Source of the DNA: Andalucia godoyi And28
Lineage: Eukaryota; Protista; Jakobida
Assembly (NCBI GenBank): GCA_009859145.1
Contig: VRVR01000053.1
Coordinates: 142,375 to 206,374, forward strand
Direction of reading: 5' to 3'
Length of the DNA: 64,000 nt
Position numbers and translations under genes: made by a program. Position 1 is the first letter of the stretch, and every line of letters begins with the position of its first letter. Of the stretch, positions 32,501 to 40,888 are shown piece by piece. The notes beneath the pieces were generated by a model. It ran no database searches. It was not told the origin of the DNA and saw only the letters and a program-made list of their open reading frames with translations.

Positions 32501-32693
32501 ATGCGAACAGTTTCCGACACCGCAGAGATGCACTACAACTATGACGACCATCATCACCACCACCATCATCATCATCATCATCATTATTATCATCATCATT
32601 ATTATTATCATTCTCATTTTCATTATCACGATCACGATCATCGCCATCAAGCGAAAGCACGACGACATTCGGACTTGATGAACTGTGTGCCAT
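29529..32693 (-). CDS. ULP/SENP-family SUMO protease (peptidase C48, ULP2-like size)
   Basis: GEFLNDNLIDMY, HFFSTHFF, catalytic HWSLAIV, FLDS and EQSNGSDCGAF; long acidic, disordered flanks. Confidence 0.92.
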   Translation of the reverse strand: MAHSSSSPNVVVLSLDGDDRDRDNENENDNNNDDDNNDDDDDDGGGDDGRHSCSASLRCRKLFASTLNSENLIDRSILKRGTRPSESLDAYFRDSSALPPKRLVPHQSRKRPLTVDVAGDSSRKRPKIADEDVVDPLLARCPGPPPSVTSTPTVTCYPGRPSSGADTQSTGGGMDSGRSNRGHARHSMDGLGSGAAALTFSRICTLQKVIVRGRSFAVDQNDDIYFNMSVDAHDRVVGHFSFYIHGARQIKLRVADVEQVNVPYPNDIPPNATSVSLTFGTRNVPLPLRPADASFAAHRDSLVELEFHIANNTSAQLLLEFFMKAKAKGTCLTITRGTTSSAVSAVSDAIRPTFREPAPHVEKVLPAPTLRSPANGKMQAVPSAKLKRPGSPLAPANVSGLSRRAIEAAQYNAHKASSSSSQCVPTAASRLRFSSSQFMEGSPALTAGSHLRSLNDATSSRVGKGDESKHKRKETCTKKDALSDTETGSLGGTRGGEKMSKRKRSVSLGGKSSNSVEVVVLSSDDDDDVDVDRDRDLDHDRDEGNTGDASNAGNDGNDSNSSAKQQHRRGTAKPSSRTGSRNHERTAETVDMLEDDEELDKLPLGVKYNVDLRGSDMRRTRPGEFLNDNLIDMYLAFLKAVLESRSPEYAKSIHFFSTHFFTAPTERQDAFVRKVELAQKSILVIPLHQKSLHWSLAIVLNPSQASMDGCCCMILFLDSMPSNKNSFTLAARKITDFLRRKIPAADAGLAEDAIVLPLSSRRIVRYERVRVPEQSNGSDCGAFLLTFVEFLVTDLMDLGTTAVLSKWSNTELSFGVDWFNAQRLIPMMRDRLKAMCMDTFQEREPPMLPLVLEEFAALRERIQDDRKKANKKSRKTRNIQIDSDDDQLKVAMVEHKEAEDQSTTGSPTVIRVSEPEPALTDETYDGEQKLSNKEDHRTVIDDDKCRDQRRKQDDCSAVADVKEDVFDTSSDSDDNDNDNDNDDDDDDNDDDDDDHEDDVDGGVDKHGESSESAGRIMDVLIDAAAEDAPVAVDDSQTESKAQSGSVNVFEIEDS

Positions 32694-33069
32694 TCTCTAA
32701 TTCGCCTCTAATCCACTGTGACGGTAAGAATGTTTTTTATTTTATTTCACAATGTAAAAAGTTTTTTAAAATTAATAAAACCTTCCCAGAAGAAACACTC
32801 ATCTTCACCTTTCTCTTTCAATTTCGGCGTTGGCGGGTCGTTCAGCCTCAACTGCACTCCAGTGCGGATTCTACAGCAGTTTCTTTATTTTCCGCCCAAC
32901 GATACCGGCATCGCTTCCGTTTTTCGAAACGACCGCGTTGTGAATACCATTTTTCTGCCCATCTTCTCTCGTTCGTTTTTCCATTTCCACCCCGTCTTTT
33001 TTTCGAAGGGTTCTATTGGATTTACTGGATTTGAGAGAGTGGTCGACACACACAGAGAAGCGAAAAACA

Positions 33070-34329
33070 ATGTCGCGTGGAAAGACGAAAGAATTGTATG
33101 TTCCGATTGACACGTTTGAGGGACTGTGGTCGAATGTGTGGGACGTTCTGAGGCACGGCTCAGACAAGGGGGTGTTCATGGATGTGTATACGAAATGGGC
33201 TGGGTCGTGTACGGCTGTTGCGCCGCTCGTCCGAAAATGGGCGTCGGACCACGACCAGCTGGACGAGACCACATGCACGATCAAGTTTCTGTTGGTTGAC
33301 GCAGACAAGGTTGCAGCGACGTACAATCCGAGCTTTCTGAAGAATGCGACGTACAATCAAGAAGCAGAAGTTGAGTACTTGCGGATACTTTTGGATTTTG
33401 CAAAGGGGCGGTCCAGGCCTACGTTCGTTGTGTATGTGAACAACGGCTGTGCGTCTCGTCTGAAGAGCGCGCCGTTCGTGGCAGGCACAGGCGACGGAGC
33501 GGCACATGCGCTCTCTCCGGGAAGCGCAGCGCTGGTTCTCATTGACGGGATCGATATGAGTTCCATCAACCTGTGCCTGGACGCAATGAAACCAAAGTCT
33601 GCGGAAGAGCGCGACAAGGAAGCAGAGGAGCAGAAGAACATGGAGAACAATCATCCAAGCACACTTGGAGTGGATGGGACCAAGTCTGCTCCGTCCAGTG
33701 CAACGCCGACTCCGCGAATCACATCGGGAGGCTCATTTGGGGGTGCTGCAGAGGATTCGACAATTGCAACATCCAAGTTTTACACGGCGTACCCAACGCG
33801 GACTGCGCCCCTGGCTCTGGCAGCCGCAAGCTATAAGCCTCCGCAAAATGTGCAAAAGGACTACCGATTCCGCTCTCTTTTGACCGAGCATGGGTGGACG
33901 GCCGTGTATGAGCAAGAGTACGCCGTTCCGATGTCGACGGAAGAAGTCCTGGGGGGAATCAAGAAGAGCTCGGGCAAGGACTCGTGGCTGTGCATTGGTG
34001 CTCTCGACTTGGAAGGCGATCCAGATGTGTTTGTTCTTGCAGCATTCATCAAGGCAAAGGATTTCCTTGCATCGTTCAGCGACGAAAAGAACCTTGCCCG
34101 AGGACCATACAATGGAAAAATCTTTGCATATGTTCGGGCGGGCTGCTCCATGGGATTTGTCCAAGGAACTCCGGAAATTCTGCTGAATCCGGAAGATAAG
34201 GCCAAAAAGAACCCAGGAACTCGTCTTTCGTGGGTTCTGGACGCGAGTGGCGGTGCACGCCTCGGAGAGAAGTGCATGCTGCAGGAGTCCACACGATTCC
34301 TTAAAGTCATTTTGCAGACCCCGTACTAA
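33070..34329 (+). CDS. Thioredoxin-like protein of the NME8/NME9 (outer-arm dynein light chain) type with an unknown C-terminal domain
   Basis: VFMDVYTKWAGSC.AV.PL..K, IKFLLVDADK, GRSRPTFVVY, IDGID resemble the recalled DVY..WCGPC / AEAD / CEPTFLFY / VRGAN pattern. Start at ATG 33070. Confidence 0.65.
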   Translation: MSRGKTKELYVPIDTFEGLWSNVWDVLRHGSDKGVFMDVYTKWAGSCTAVAPLVRKWASDHDQLDETTCTIKFLLVDADKVAATYNPSFLKNATYNQEAEVEYLRILLDFAKGRSRPTFVVYVNNGCASRLKSAPFVAGTGDGAAHALSPGSAALVLIDGIDMSSINLCLDAMKPKSAEERDKEAEEQKNMENNHPSTLGVDGTKSAPSSATPTPRITSGGSFGGAAEDSTIATSKFYTAYPTRTAPLALAAASYKPPQNVQKDYRFRSLLTEHGWTAVYEQEYAVPMSTEEVLGGIKKSSGKDSWLCIGALDLEGDPDVFVLAAFIKAKDFLASFSDEKNLARGPYNGKIFAYVRAGCSMGFVQGTPEILLNPEDKAKKNPGTRLSWVLDASGGARLGEKCMLQESTRFLKVILQTPY

Positions 34330-34465
34330 GCGTGTAAAATCGAGAAACTGTTTTTCTTCTTCTTACTATCTTTCTTCTTCCCTTTCTTTTTACTTTCTCT
34401 CCCTCCGTTTGCAGCTAAACAATTCAAAAAAGCATTGAAAACACAAAGACATGCACAGGAACGGA

Positions 34466-35593
34466 TCAGGGAAGATTGGACGCTCCGTACAGGATTCGCG
34501 CCAGGAATTCCTTGTCGGAGAACTTGGGAGGCTTGCCGTTGGGAGCTGGCTGCTGGTCCATGACCTGTTTCCTGGCTTTGACCACCTTGATGTCAGTCTG
34601 TCTGATGATGGTAACTCCAAGTCGACGTGACGTGTACATCCGTTGGCCACCCGCTCCGCCGCACACGAGCCAATCGACCTGTCCTAGTCCAGGGACATTG
34701 ACATACGGCAGCCAGAACGAAAGACCATATCGAGGGTTCACTTGCGACCCGACGTACACCTGGTTCAACAGATCGATCTGAATCGCACCATCCGCACCGC
34801 GACGCAGCCACTCCCCAAATCGCCCAAACTCCCGCGCATTCATCACGAGTCCGTTTGAAAGAATCGGCTGATGATCTGCTTCGTGTGTCCGAAATCGTGT
34901 AATTTGCATCCCGACACGGTCTTTGTACAGTTTGTTGAAATAGCCAGCAACATCGAGACCAGTGTTCGCGGCCGCAAGTCTCCGTGACAGCAATTCTCCA
35001 GCGATCTGGAATGGGCTGGGCCCATAGAGAAACGTTCTCCCGGGCTCTGGGACAGCACCCGTGTCGAACACGATTCCCTGGCAAGCTTGCGAATATGTCA
35101 ATGGAGCTCCAATCTCTCCTGGATCAAGTCCGCATACAAGCTGCAGGAGCTGCCGAATGGTGATTCGACTCCGGAATGGATCTTGTGCCCATTCTGTAAT
35201 TGTCCATGCAACCGGCTCATCGAGGCTCTGGATGATCCTCTCTTGAACCGCAAACAAAATCAAAGGACCCACAAACGATTTTGTGCACGATGCAAGTGGC
35301 CAAGCTGCCTCCATCGATCCGCCGTTCGCAACCGGGTAGTCTTCAAACGCAATCGCTCCATTCACAATCACCAACAGAGACGTACCACCAAACGTTGTCG
35401 AATACTGTGCAGCAAGCTGAAAATTATTCGTATTTGGTGCAAACGGAGGCAGGTTCGACGGTAGGTTCCACACCAAGCAGTCGATTCCTTCTGCCTTTTC
35501 AAGCTGTTTCAATGCTCGATTCTTCTGTTGCCGATCTCCATTGCGCTTCCCTCGTCCCCCAGACCCAAACAGCTTTCTTGCAACGAAAAACAT
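34466..35593 (-). CDS. Beta-lactamase-family (class C-like) serine hydrolase
   Basis: SxxK motif SCTK, ITIRQLL....GL, PG..FLYG, G..MNAREFGRFG, YGLSFW, GAGGQ. Confidence 0.88.
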   Translation of the reverse strand: MFFVARKLFGSGGRGKRNGDRQQKNRALKQLEKAEGIDCLVWNLPSNLPPFAPNTNNFQLAAQYSTTFGGTSLLVIVNGAIAFEDYPVANGGSMEAAWPLASCTKSFVGPLILFAVQERIIQSLDEPVAWTITEWAQDPFRSRITIRQLLQLVCGLDPGEIGAPLTYSQACQGIVFDTGAVPEPGRTFLYGPSPFQIAGELLSRRLAAANTGLDVAGYFNKLYKDRVGMQITRFRTHEADHQPILSNGLVMNAREFGRFGEWLRRGADGAIQIDLLNQVYVGSQVNPRYGLSFWLPYVNVPGLGQVDWLVCGGAGGQRMYTSRRLGVTIIRQTDIKVVKARKQVMDQQPAPNGKPPKFSDKEFLARILYGASNLP

Positions 35594-35929
35594 GTTCTGG
35601 CTCTATCTCGATCTGTGTGCATAAGTATGCCCTGTATGCGGAAAAGAAGCCGGATCAGGCGAGCAAGCCCAATCAGTACCAGAAAGTACTTTCCTTTCAG
35701 CGCTGGTCACCTTTGCGGGGAATTCTCGTCTGAAAACGAAAAACTCCTAATTCCGGATGTGGATGAAATACCGACGCGCTTTTTTGAACGATTCCTATTG
35801 TGTTTTATTTCGTTTTCACTACCACTGCCAGAAAACGCTTTTTTTTTTTGTTGAAGAGTACACACACACACGTTCGAGACATGGACGGGGGATGTGTGCG
35901 GAACATCCATTAGGAAGTCGAAAGAACAC

Positions 35930-36346
35930 GCTTACATTATACACTGGACATGCATATTCAGTCTTGCATCCCGTTGCCGGGAAGGGGATAGGCCCCAGCA
36001 CGCCTCACGGCGCTCTTCAGATAAATGCTCCGCGCTCCGTTCCCAATCTCGATCAATCGGTGAGCCACCTTCTCAGCGTGACACGTTGTTCCTGAGAAGG
36101 GTGCATTTTTTTGATTCTGACGGCCCTAGCAGCAGGCGCTTTCGTGTCCTCAGTTGCAGCGATTGATGCACCTGGAGAGGAGATACGAGAGGAAGAGGCG
36201 GTAGGCGTAGTGACACGTGGTCTCTGCGGGACCTAGGAGGCCGTGTATCATGAATTTCTGTGAAACAAACGTGCTAGTGCCGGCCAGTATTGACCGTGTC
36301 TGTTTATGGATACTTCCGTATGCGTGACAATGACGTGTTATTATTC
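35930..36346 (+). repeat. Dispersed non-coding repeat family, copy 1
   Basis: Three collinear blocks (35930-36010, 36091-36127, 36258-36346) match the reverse complement of 48136-48530 at about 89-94% identity by manual alignment. Confidence 0.9.
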
Positions 36347-36637
36347 TGCGGTGCGCATGTACTTGTGTGTGCTGGGAGGGCCTTGTGCCCTTAGACGATT
36401 CATTTTCGCAGGATCGATTGTCATGCAACGTTGCAATTTGTACCAATTAGAAACCAATTCGTAATTTTGATACAGTGTATCGTAGCACGAGGCGCTTTTT
36501 ACAGCGTGTGCACGATCATGGTTTTTATGCATGTGAGATGATGGTGCACCACTACTTCATGAGATGGCATGTTGCGTTCAGAAGATGACGAGAATAAACA
36601 GGGAGGGCTAGACTGCATTGGACTGGACAAGAATGGA

Positions 36638-37330
36638 CTAGAAGCACTGTTCGAGGACTTCGAGGACTTGCTGCCAGCCGAGTTTTGAGAAAATGTCCTT
36701 CATGTCGTAGACGTGCGCAAGGGCAAGCCAGTCCGCAGGGTTCTTGACGACGCTGCAGAAACCGTTCGCAATGTAGCATTTTGGATGGGACTCGAAGGCA
36801 ATGGTCTGGATGTCACTGCATGTTAGCGAGGGGTTCGTGAGCACGGGCTCTAACGCAAGCTGCAGACAGACTAGCGTTCCATTGATCCACTGTTGGCCGA
36901 CAGTCGAAAACGACTGCAGGTTCGCCATGAACCGGGAGCAGTACTTCAGTCCGTATCCGAGCGCATATCCGTCGATGCCGCAACTGTGCGTCTTGTCCAG
37001 GCAGTTGGAGTAGAACGAGCACGTCTCGGGAACGGGTGCTGTGCAGGCTTCTGGAGTAGGATAGCACGGTGCCGTCGAGGAAACTGTGTCAAACGAGTCG
37101 ACAGGAAGCGAAGGGCTGCATGTTTGCAGTGCATTCAGAGCAGAATCTGTGGAGCAGTACACGGAGAGCATCACGTGCGGACATTCCTTCAGCGCGGTTG
37201 CCAGCGCAGCCGCGGATTGAGACGTCAGTGTAAACGACGCGTAGTTTGCAGAAAATGCTTGTGGACACTGCATAAAGCACGTAAATACGATGCTGCACAG
37301 AATAACTCTCAACAAGCCGTGCTTCATCAT
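36638..37330 (-). CDS. Secreted Cys-rich stanniocalcin-like protein
   Basis: Signal peptide MMKHGLLRVILCSIVFTCF...AFS; C.FY..CL.....CG..GYA.GYG.KYC..F......S..GQ.W...T..CLQ.AL......C..I...AF.SH..CY...GFC. Confidence 0.8.
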   Translation of the reverse strand: MMKHGLLRVILCSIVFTCFMQCPQAFSANYASFTLTSQSAAALATALKECPHVMLSVYCSTDSALNALQTCSPSLPVDSFDTVSSTAPCYPTPEACTAPVPETCSFYSNCLDKTHSCGIDGYALGYGLKYCSRFMANLQSFSTVGQQWINGTLVCLQLALEPVLTNPSLTCSDIQTIAFESHPKCYIANGFCSVVKNPADWLALAHVYDMKDIFSKLGWQQVLEVLEQCF

Positions 37331-37569
37331 GTTCAAGACTGGCGATCACAACATGACACACAGTGCTGGGCGAGGACACATGGAAGACAGAAACAGACGC
37401 AGAAAAAGACGATCGGTCATATTTGTGTTTTCCCGGCGCCTTTTCAGCTTTCTTTGGGCTGCGAGGGACAACTACAAACGACGCGCAGCGTACTGCAAAC
37501 CGCAACCACCCCAGTTCCCGAGTCCCAGAGGACAACGGATGTTGGACAACAAGGGGAAAAAAAGCGCAC

Positions 37570-38197
37570 ACGTGCCTTTTCCAGATAAAAGGAATCGAAC
37601 CCGGATTCCACAAGAATCTCAAGTCAATCGCCCCAGGGAGCTTTCTTGAAATTCGGTCGAAAGAAGAAGATTTCCATGATCACAATGTGCACGTGCGCGA
37701 CTTTCGATCGTCGATGCATACGACTTTCCGTTTTGCGATCTTTCGGCAACTTGAAGACATTCCCCACAGCTTCCTCTGCAACAGCAGCGTGGGAGCACGG
37801 CAGCATGCTCGCCGAATCCGCTGAGGAGAACGGCGCTCTGCACCGCCCTAGAGGTGAGCAGCGAGCTCTCGACTCCAAACAACCTTTACTTCGAGAGCAG
37901 CCGCAAGCAGCGTCTCTGTTCCCCATTCACCTCCAACGTCTACCATGGATGTATCCGGATGCGTCTGCTTCACATACCGGATGATCATCGCCAAATTATG
38001 CAGAAAGCTTGTCCACCGGCGGTGCTTGCCTGAAATCGGAAATCGAGTCGGCGGGCACCGGGAAGTAGAATGAAGATGTAGAAGAGCACGAAAGCAAGAA
38101 ATCTTCCAGCAAGGCACTTTATCTTTCCGGAATGAGACGGCTTGTAGGCCAGGCGCATCTGCACGATTACTGGAACCCTGAAAGGACGAGAAACCAT
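37570..38197 (-). pseudogene. Fragmented FkbM-type methyltransferase with N-terminal membrane anchor
   Basis: Collinear pieces in different frames: TM FLAFVLFYIFILL; SMVDVGGEWGTETLLAAAL; VQSAVLLSGFGEHAAVLP; HIVIMEI...GD*LEILVESGFDSFYL (in-frame TGA at 37624-37626). The KIDVEG motif was not found. Confidence 0.45.
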
Positions 38198-38529
38198 TGT
38201 GTGAACAGCCTAACGTGCGTTGCAAACAGAATGAAGAAGAATTCGCGATTTGCACAAATGCGATATATAGGTACGACGACTGGGGCCAGTGGACGAGCCT
38301 ATCCAAAGGAATGGCACCCACCGGAATCCACGGGAATCCGGTATCAGGAGCACCGGCAACCCAGCGCCTCGATGAGCTCTTCGTTGAGAATTGTATGTGA
38401 AGACCAAAAATGGAAAACGACTCCGCCCCTTCGGTGAGCGTACCCCGCGTTGCTGGAACAGTTCATTCGGCTCTTTGACACTGATGTTCTCCATAATTTA
38501 CTTTCAAGGGGGTGTGAGAGTTGTGGATA

Positions 38530-40110
38530 TCAAAACCGGTCTCTTTCAGGCTGAACAGCAGCCGGGCTTCCGGCTTGGGCTTCGCGGACAATATCTGCTT
38601 CCACAGTTTGCATTTCCGGAGACATGTACGGGTTCAACGCATGGGTAACGGGAAGTTCTGGTATGTCTGCGAGCCATGCAGTTAGTTGGTTTCTTCTGGT
38701 TTCTTGTGTTGTCTTTGCAGCAGCAATGCCGATCCTCTTCCGCAGTTTGTGCCAGGCCCTCTCGTCCTCTGTGAGCAAGAGAACATGGCCGTGCTTGTCA
38801 CTAAACACAGAGGGCAAGTAAAGAAAATCACGAACATTCGGCAGCACATCTGCAGTCGGTCCGGAGCGGCCAATGCAGTCATCCAGCCAAAACACAGATG
38901 CGGCAGAGTTGACAACGGACGTCAAGAAGTTCTGTCCGAGCGCTTTTGCGGCCTCTGCCCACGAAGCAGCATCAGCGGATACTGAAGGCTGGGGCAGCTG
39001 CGGGGGCCAGAACTTCAGTAAAACAGCGTCCTTTGGATCGTAGTACACATAGATCGACGCGAAGCTGAGCGATCCGTTCAGCAACGGGAGGAATGGAGAC
39101 ATTAGCGCAGCAGAGGCGGAGGACGCAGGCTGCACGCTGCTGGCGCGGATCACGTTCTGCGTGCAGTAGCCATTCGCGGCATGCAACGATCCAATGTATT
39201 CCCCTGGTCCCAAGTTGAGTCCGACACGGTTCCCGGCCGCCGTCATGGTCAGCCGCACTCCCAAAGAATGCGCGATGATATGGACATGGTCCAAGGAGAC
39301 ACCGAAATCGTCCCGCAGCCTCATCAGGCAGCCCTTTTGCAACGCAGAGGCACCGAGGGACACCGCTCCCCACAGCGGCTTCATGAGATCGAGGTAGAGC
39401 CGCGCTGCCTCTGATGCGAGATTCGCAGACGGATCTCCCGCAGGCCACAGAAACAGCATGGGGAGGGCCTTGAATGCTGGCTGCACATAGTCTGATCGCG
39501 GAATGGTTCCCAACGCACAACACAGTCTTCGAATTTGCATCGGCGGCTGGTTATCAATGTCTGGGTCACCGAGATTGACCGCAACAAGCCCGGCGTTCAC
39601 AAACCCCGACGAACTCAGAAATCCGCCAACTAGCAGCGGAACAATCGTATCGGGCGAAATGTCCTCTCTGGAAAGAGACTGCAGCGACACGTGGAAAGGC
39701 ACGTCTGGTCCATCGGTGACCAGTGCAAACGAAAACTGGTTGTTGGGAGCCCAGTCCGTGGTTGGCTTCCGAATGTCGCAAGCCACCACAACGACGTACT
39801 GACAAGCCACTGACGGCGGTCGAAACTTGGACAGTGTCGTCCGCAAGAATGCGTCAATGAACGGAGACAGCGGCGGGCGCGTTCCCCGAGGCGTTACAAC
39901 TGGAGGCACCGCAGGAAGCGCTGTCGGGGTCGGAGTCTGGATCGGTGTGCTGCCCATGTATCGAACAGATTGTAATCGACCGGCGCTTCGAGGACACGGT
40001 GGGATCTGCTGTAGTTGTGCTCCGAAATGGACGGAAACGGGGATTGAGAGCTTGCCGATGTGAAGAAGCAGTGGTGAATTCCGAGGCTGAAGGTTGCGCA
40101 ACTGGTTCAT
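38530..40110 (-). CDS. alpha/beta-hydrolase (DUF726/DUF900-like)
   Basis: Nucleophile elbow VHIIAHSLG, followed by SLHAANG and IYVYYDPKDAVL; start uncertain. Confidence 0.72.
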   Translation of the reverse strand: MNQLRNLQPRNSPLLLHIGKLSIPVSVHFGAQLQQIPPCPRSAGRLQSVRYMGSTPIQTPTPTALPAVPPVVTPRGTRPPLSPFIDAFLRTTLSKFRPPSVACQYVVVVACDIRKPTTDWAPNNQFSFALVTDGPDVPFHVSLQSLSREDISPDTIVPLLVGGFLSSSGFVNAGLVAVNLGDPDIDNQPPMQIRRLCCALGTIPRSDYVQPAFKALPMLFLWPAGDPSANLASEAARLYLDLMKPLWGAVSLGASALQKGCLMRLRDDFGVSLDHVHIIAHSLGVRLTMTAAGNRVGLNLGPGEYIGSLHAANGYCTQNVIRASSVQPASSASAALMSPFLPLLNGSLSFASIYVYYDPKDAVLLKFWPPQLPQPSVSADAASWAEAAKALGQNFLTSVVNSAASVFWLDDCIGRSGPTADVLPNVRDFLYLPSVFSDKHGHVLLLTEDERAWHKLRKRIGIAAAKTTQETRRNQLTAWLADIPELPVTHALNPYMSPEMQTVEADIVREAQAGSPAAVQPERDRF

Positions 40111-40888
40111 CCACCAACGGAGTAGATGCAGACTCTCTCACCCACTTTGACGAACAACAACCAGGCCCTCACAAGTTGCTAATTTGCTGATTCGCAAAAC
40201 TGCAGAATTCCAAACAGCGTCGACTTCGTTAGGAGATCCGCCTCCTACCCCAAAGACAGAAGTTCTTCTACAACTGTTGAGAAAAGTAAAGAGGAAAATC
40301 CCGGTATCGACGCGGGGCTGCCTTGTGGACTGCATTTTAATCGTCCCAACAGACGCATTAGCATGAAGCCGAACAATCAGAGATCATGCTTCGAGAATCA
40401 GATACTCCCCCCCAACAAAAGCGACAAGAGTTTGTGGGTGGGATTTTTTTAATTTAATTAAAAGATAAAAACAAACGTCTCGTTATCGACAAACAGCAAA
40501 TATGGCACAGATACATCATAATATTCACGCAGTGGAGTATTATGTATCATGAAAAAGAAAAAAAAGAAAAGAAATAACAGTACTAATACTAATAAATCAA
40601 TCAATCAATCAACCAGGCATTCAGGAATCAAATAAACTCCACATGACAAAAACATCCAAAACCACATCAGACCACAGACAGCACAGGTGCATCCAGTATT
40701 CACAAAAACACATCTATTCTTTTCTCACCTTCCCGCCTTTGCATTTCTGCAACGGGGAAACACGCATACCTCGAAGAACAATCAACCAAAAAAAAAAAAA
40801 AAAAAAACAGTCATGCAAACAGAAACAACCAACACACAAATACAGACAAGGAAAACAAAAAATGCAAAGTCGAGGCTGCGGAGCACCC

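Noticed and set aside
37575-37640. tRNA-like GGTTCGATTCC (T-loop/B-box) on the minus strand
   Set aside because: The T-stem does not pair (CCGGG/CCTTT) and there is no acceptor stem; the motif is explained by the codons for ESGFDSF in the FkbM relic.
40111-40140. Alternative genetic code or selenocysteine suggested by in-frame TGAs
   Set aside because: TGA ends IleRS right after its zinc finger and also ends ETFA at the expected position; conserved Trp residues use TGG; no convincing SECIS was seen.
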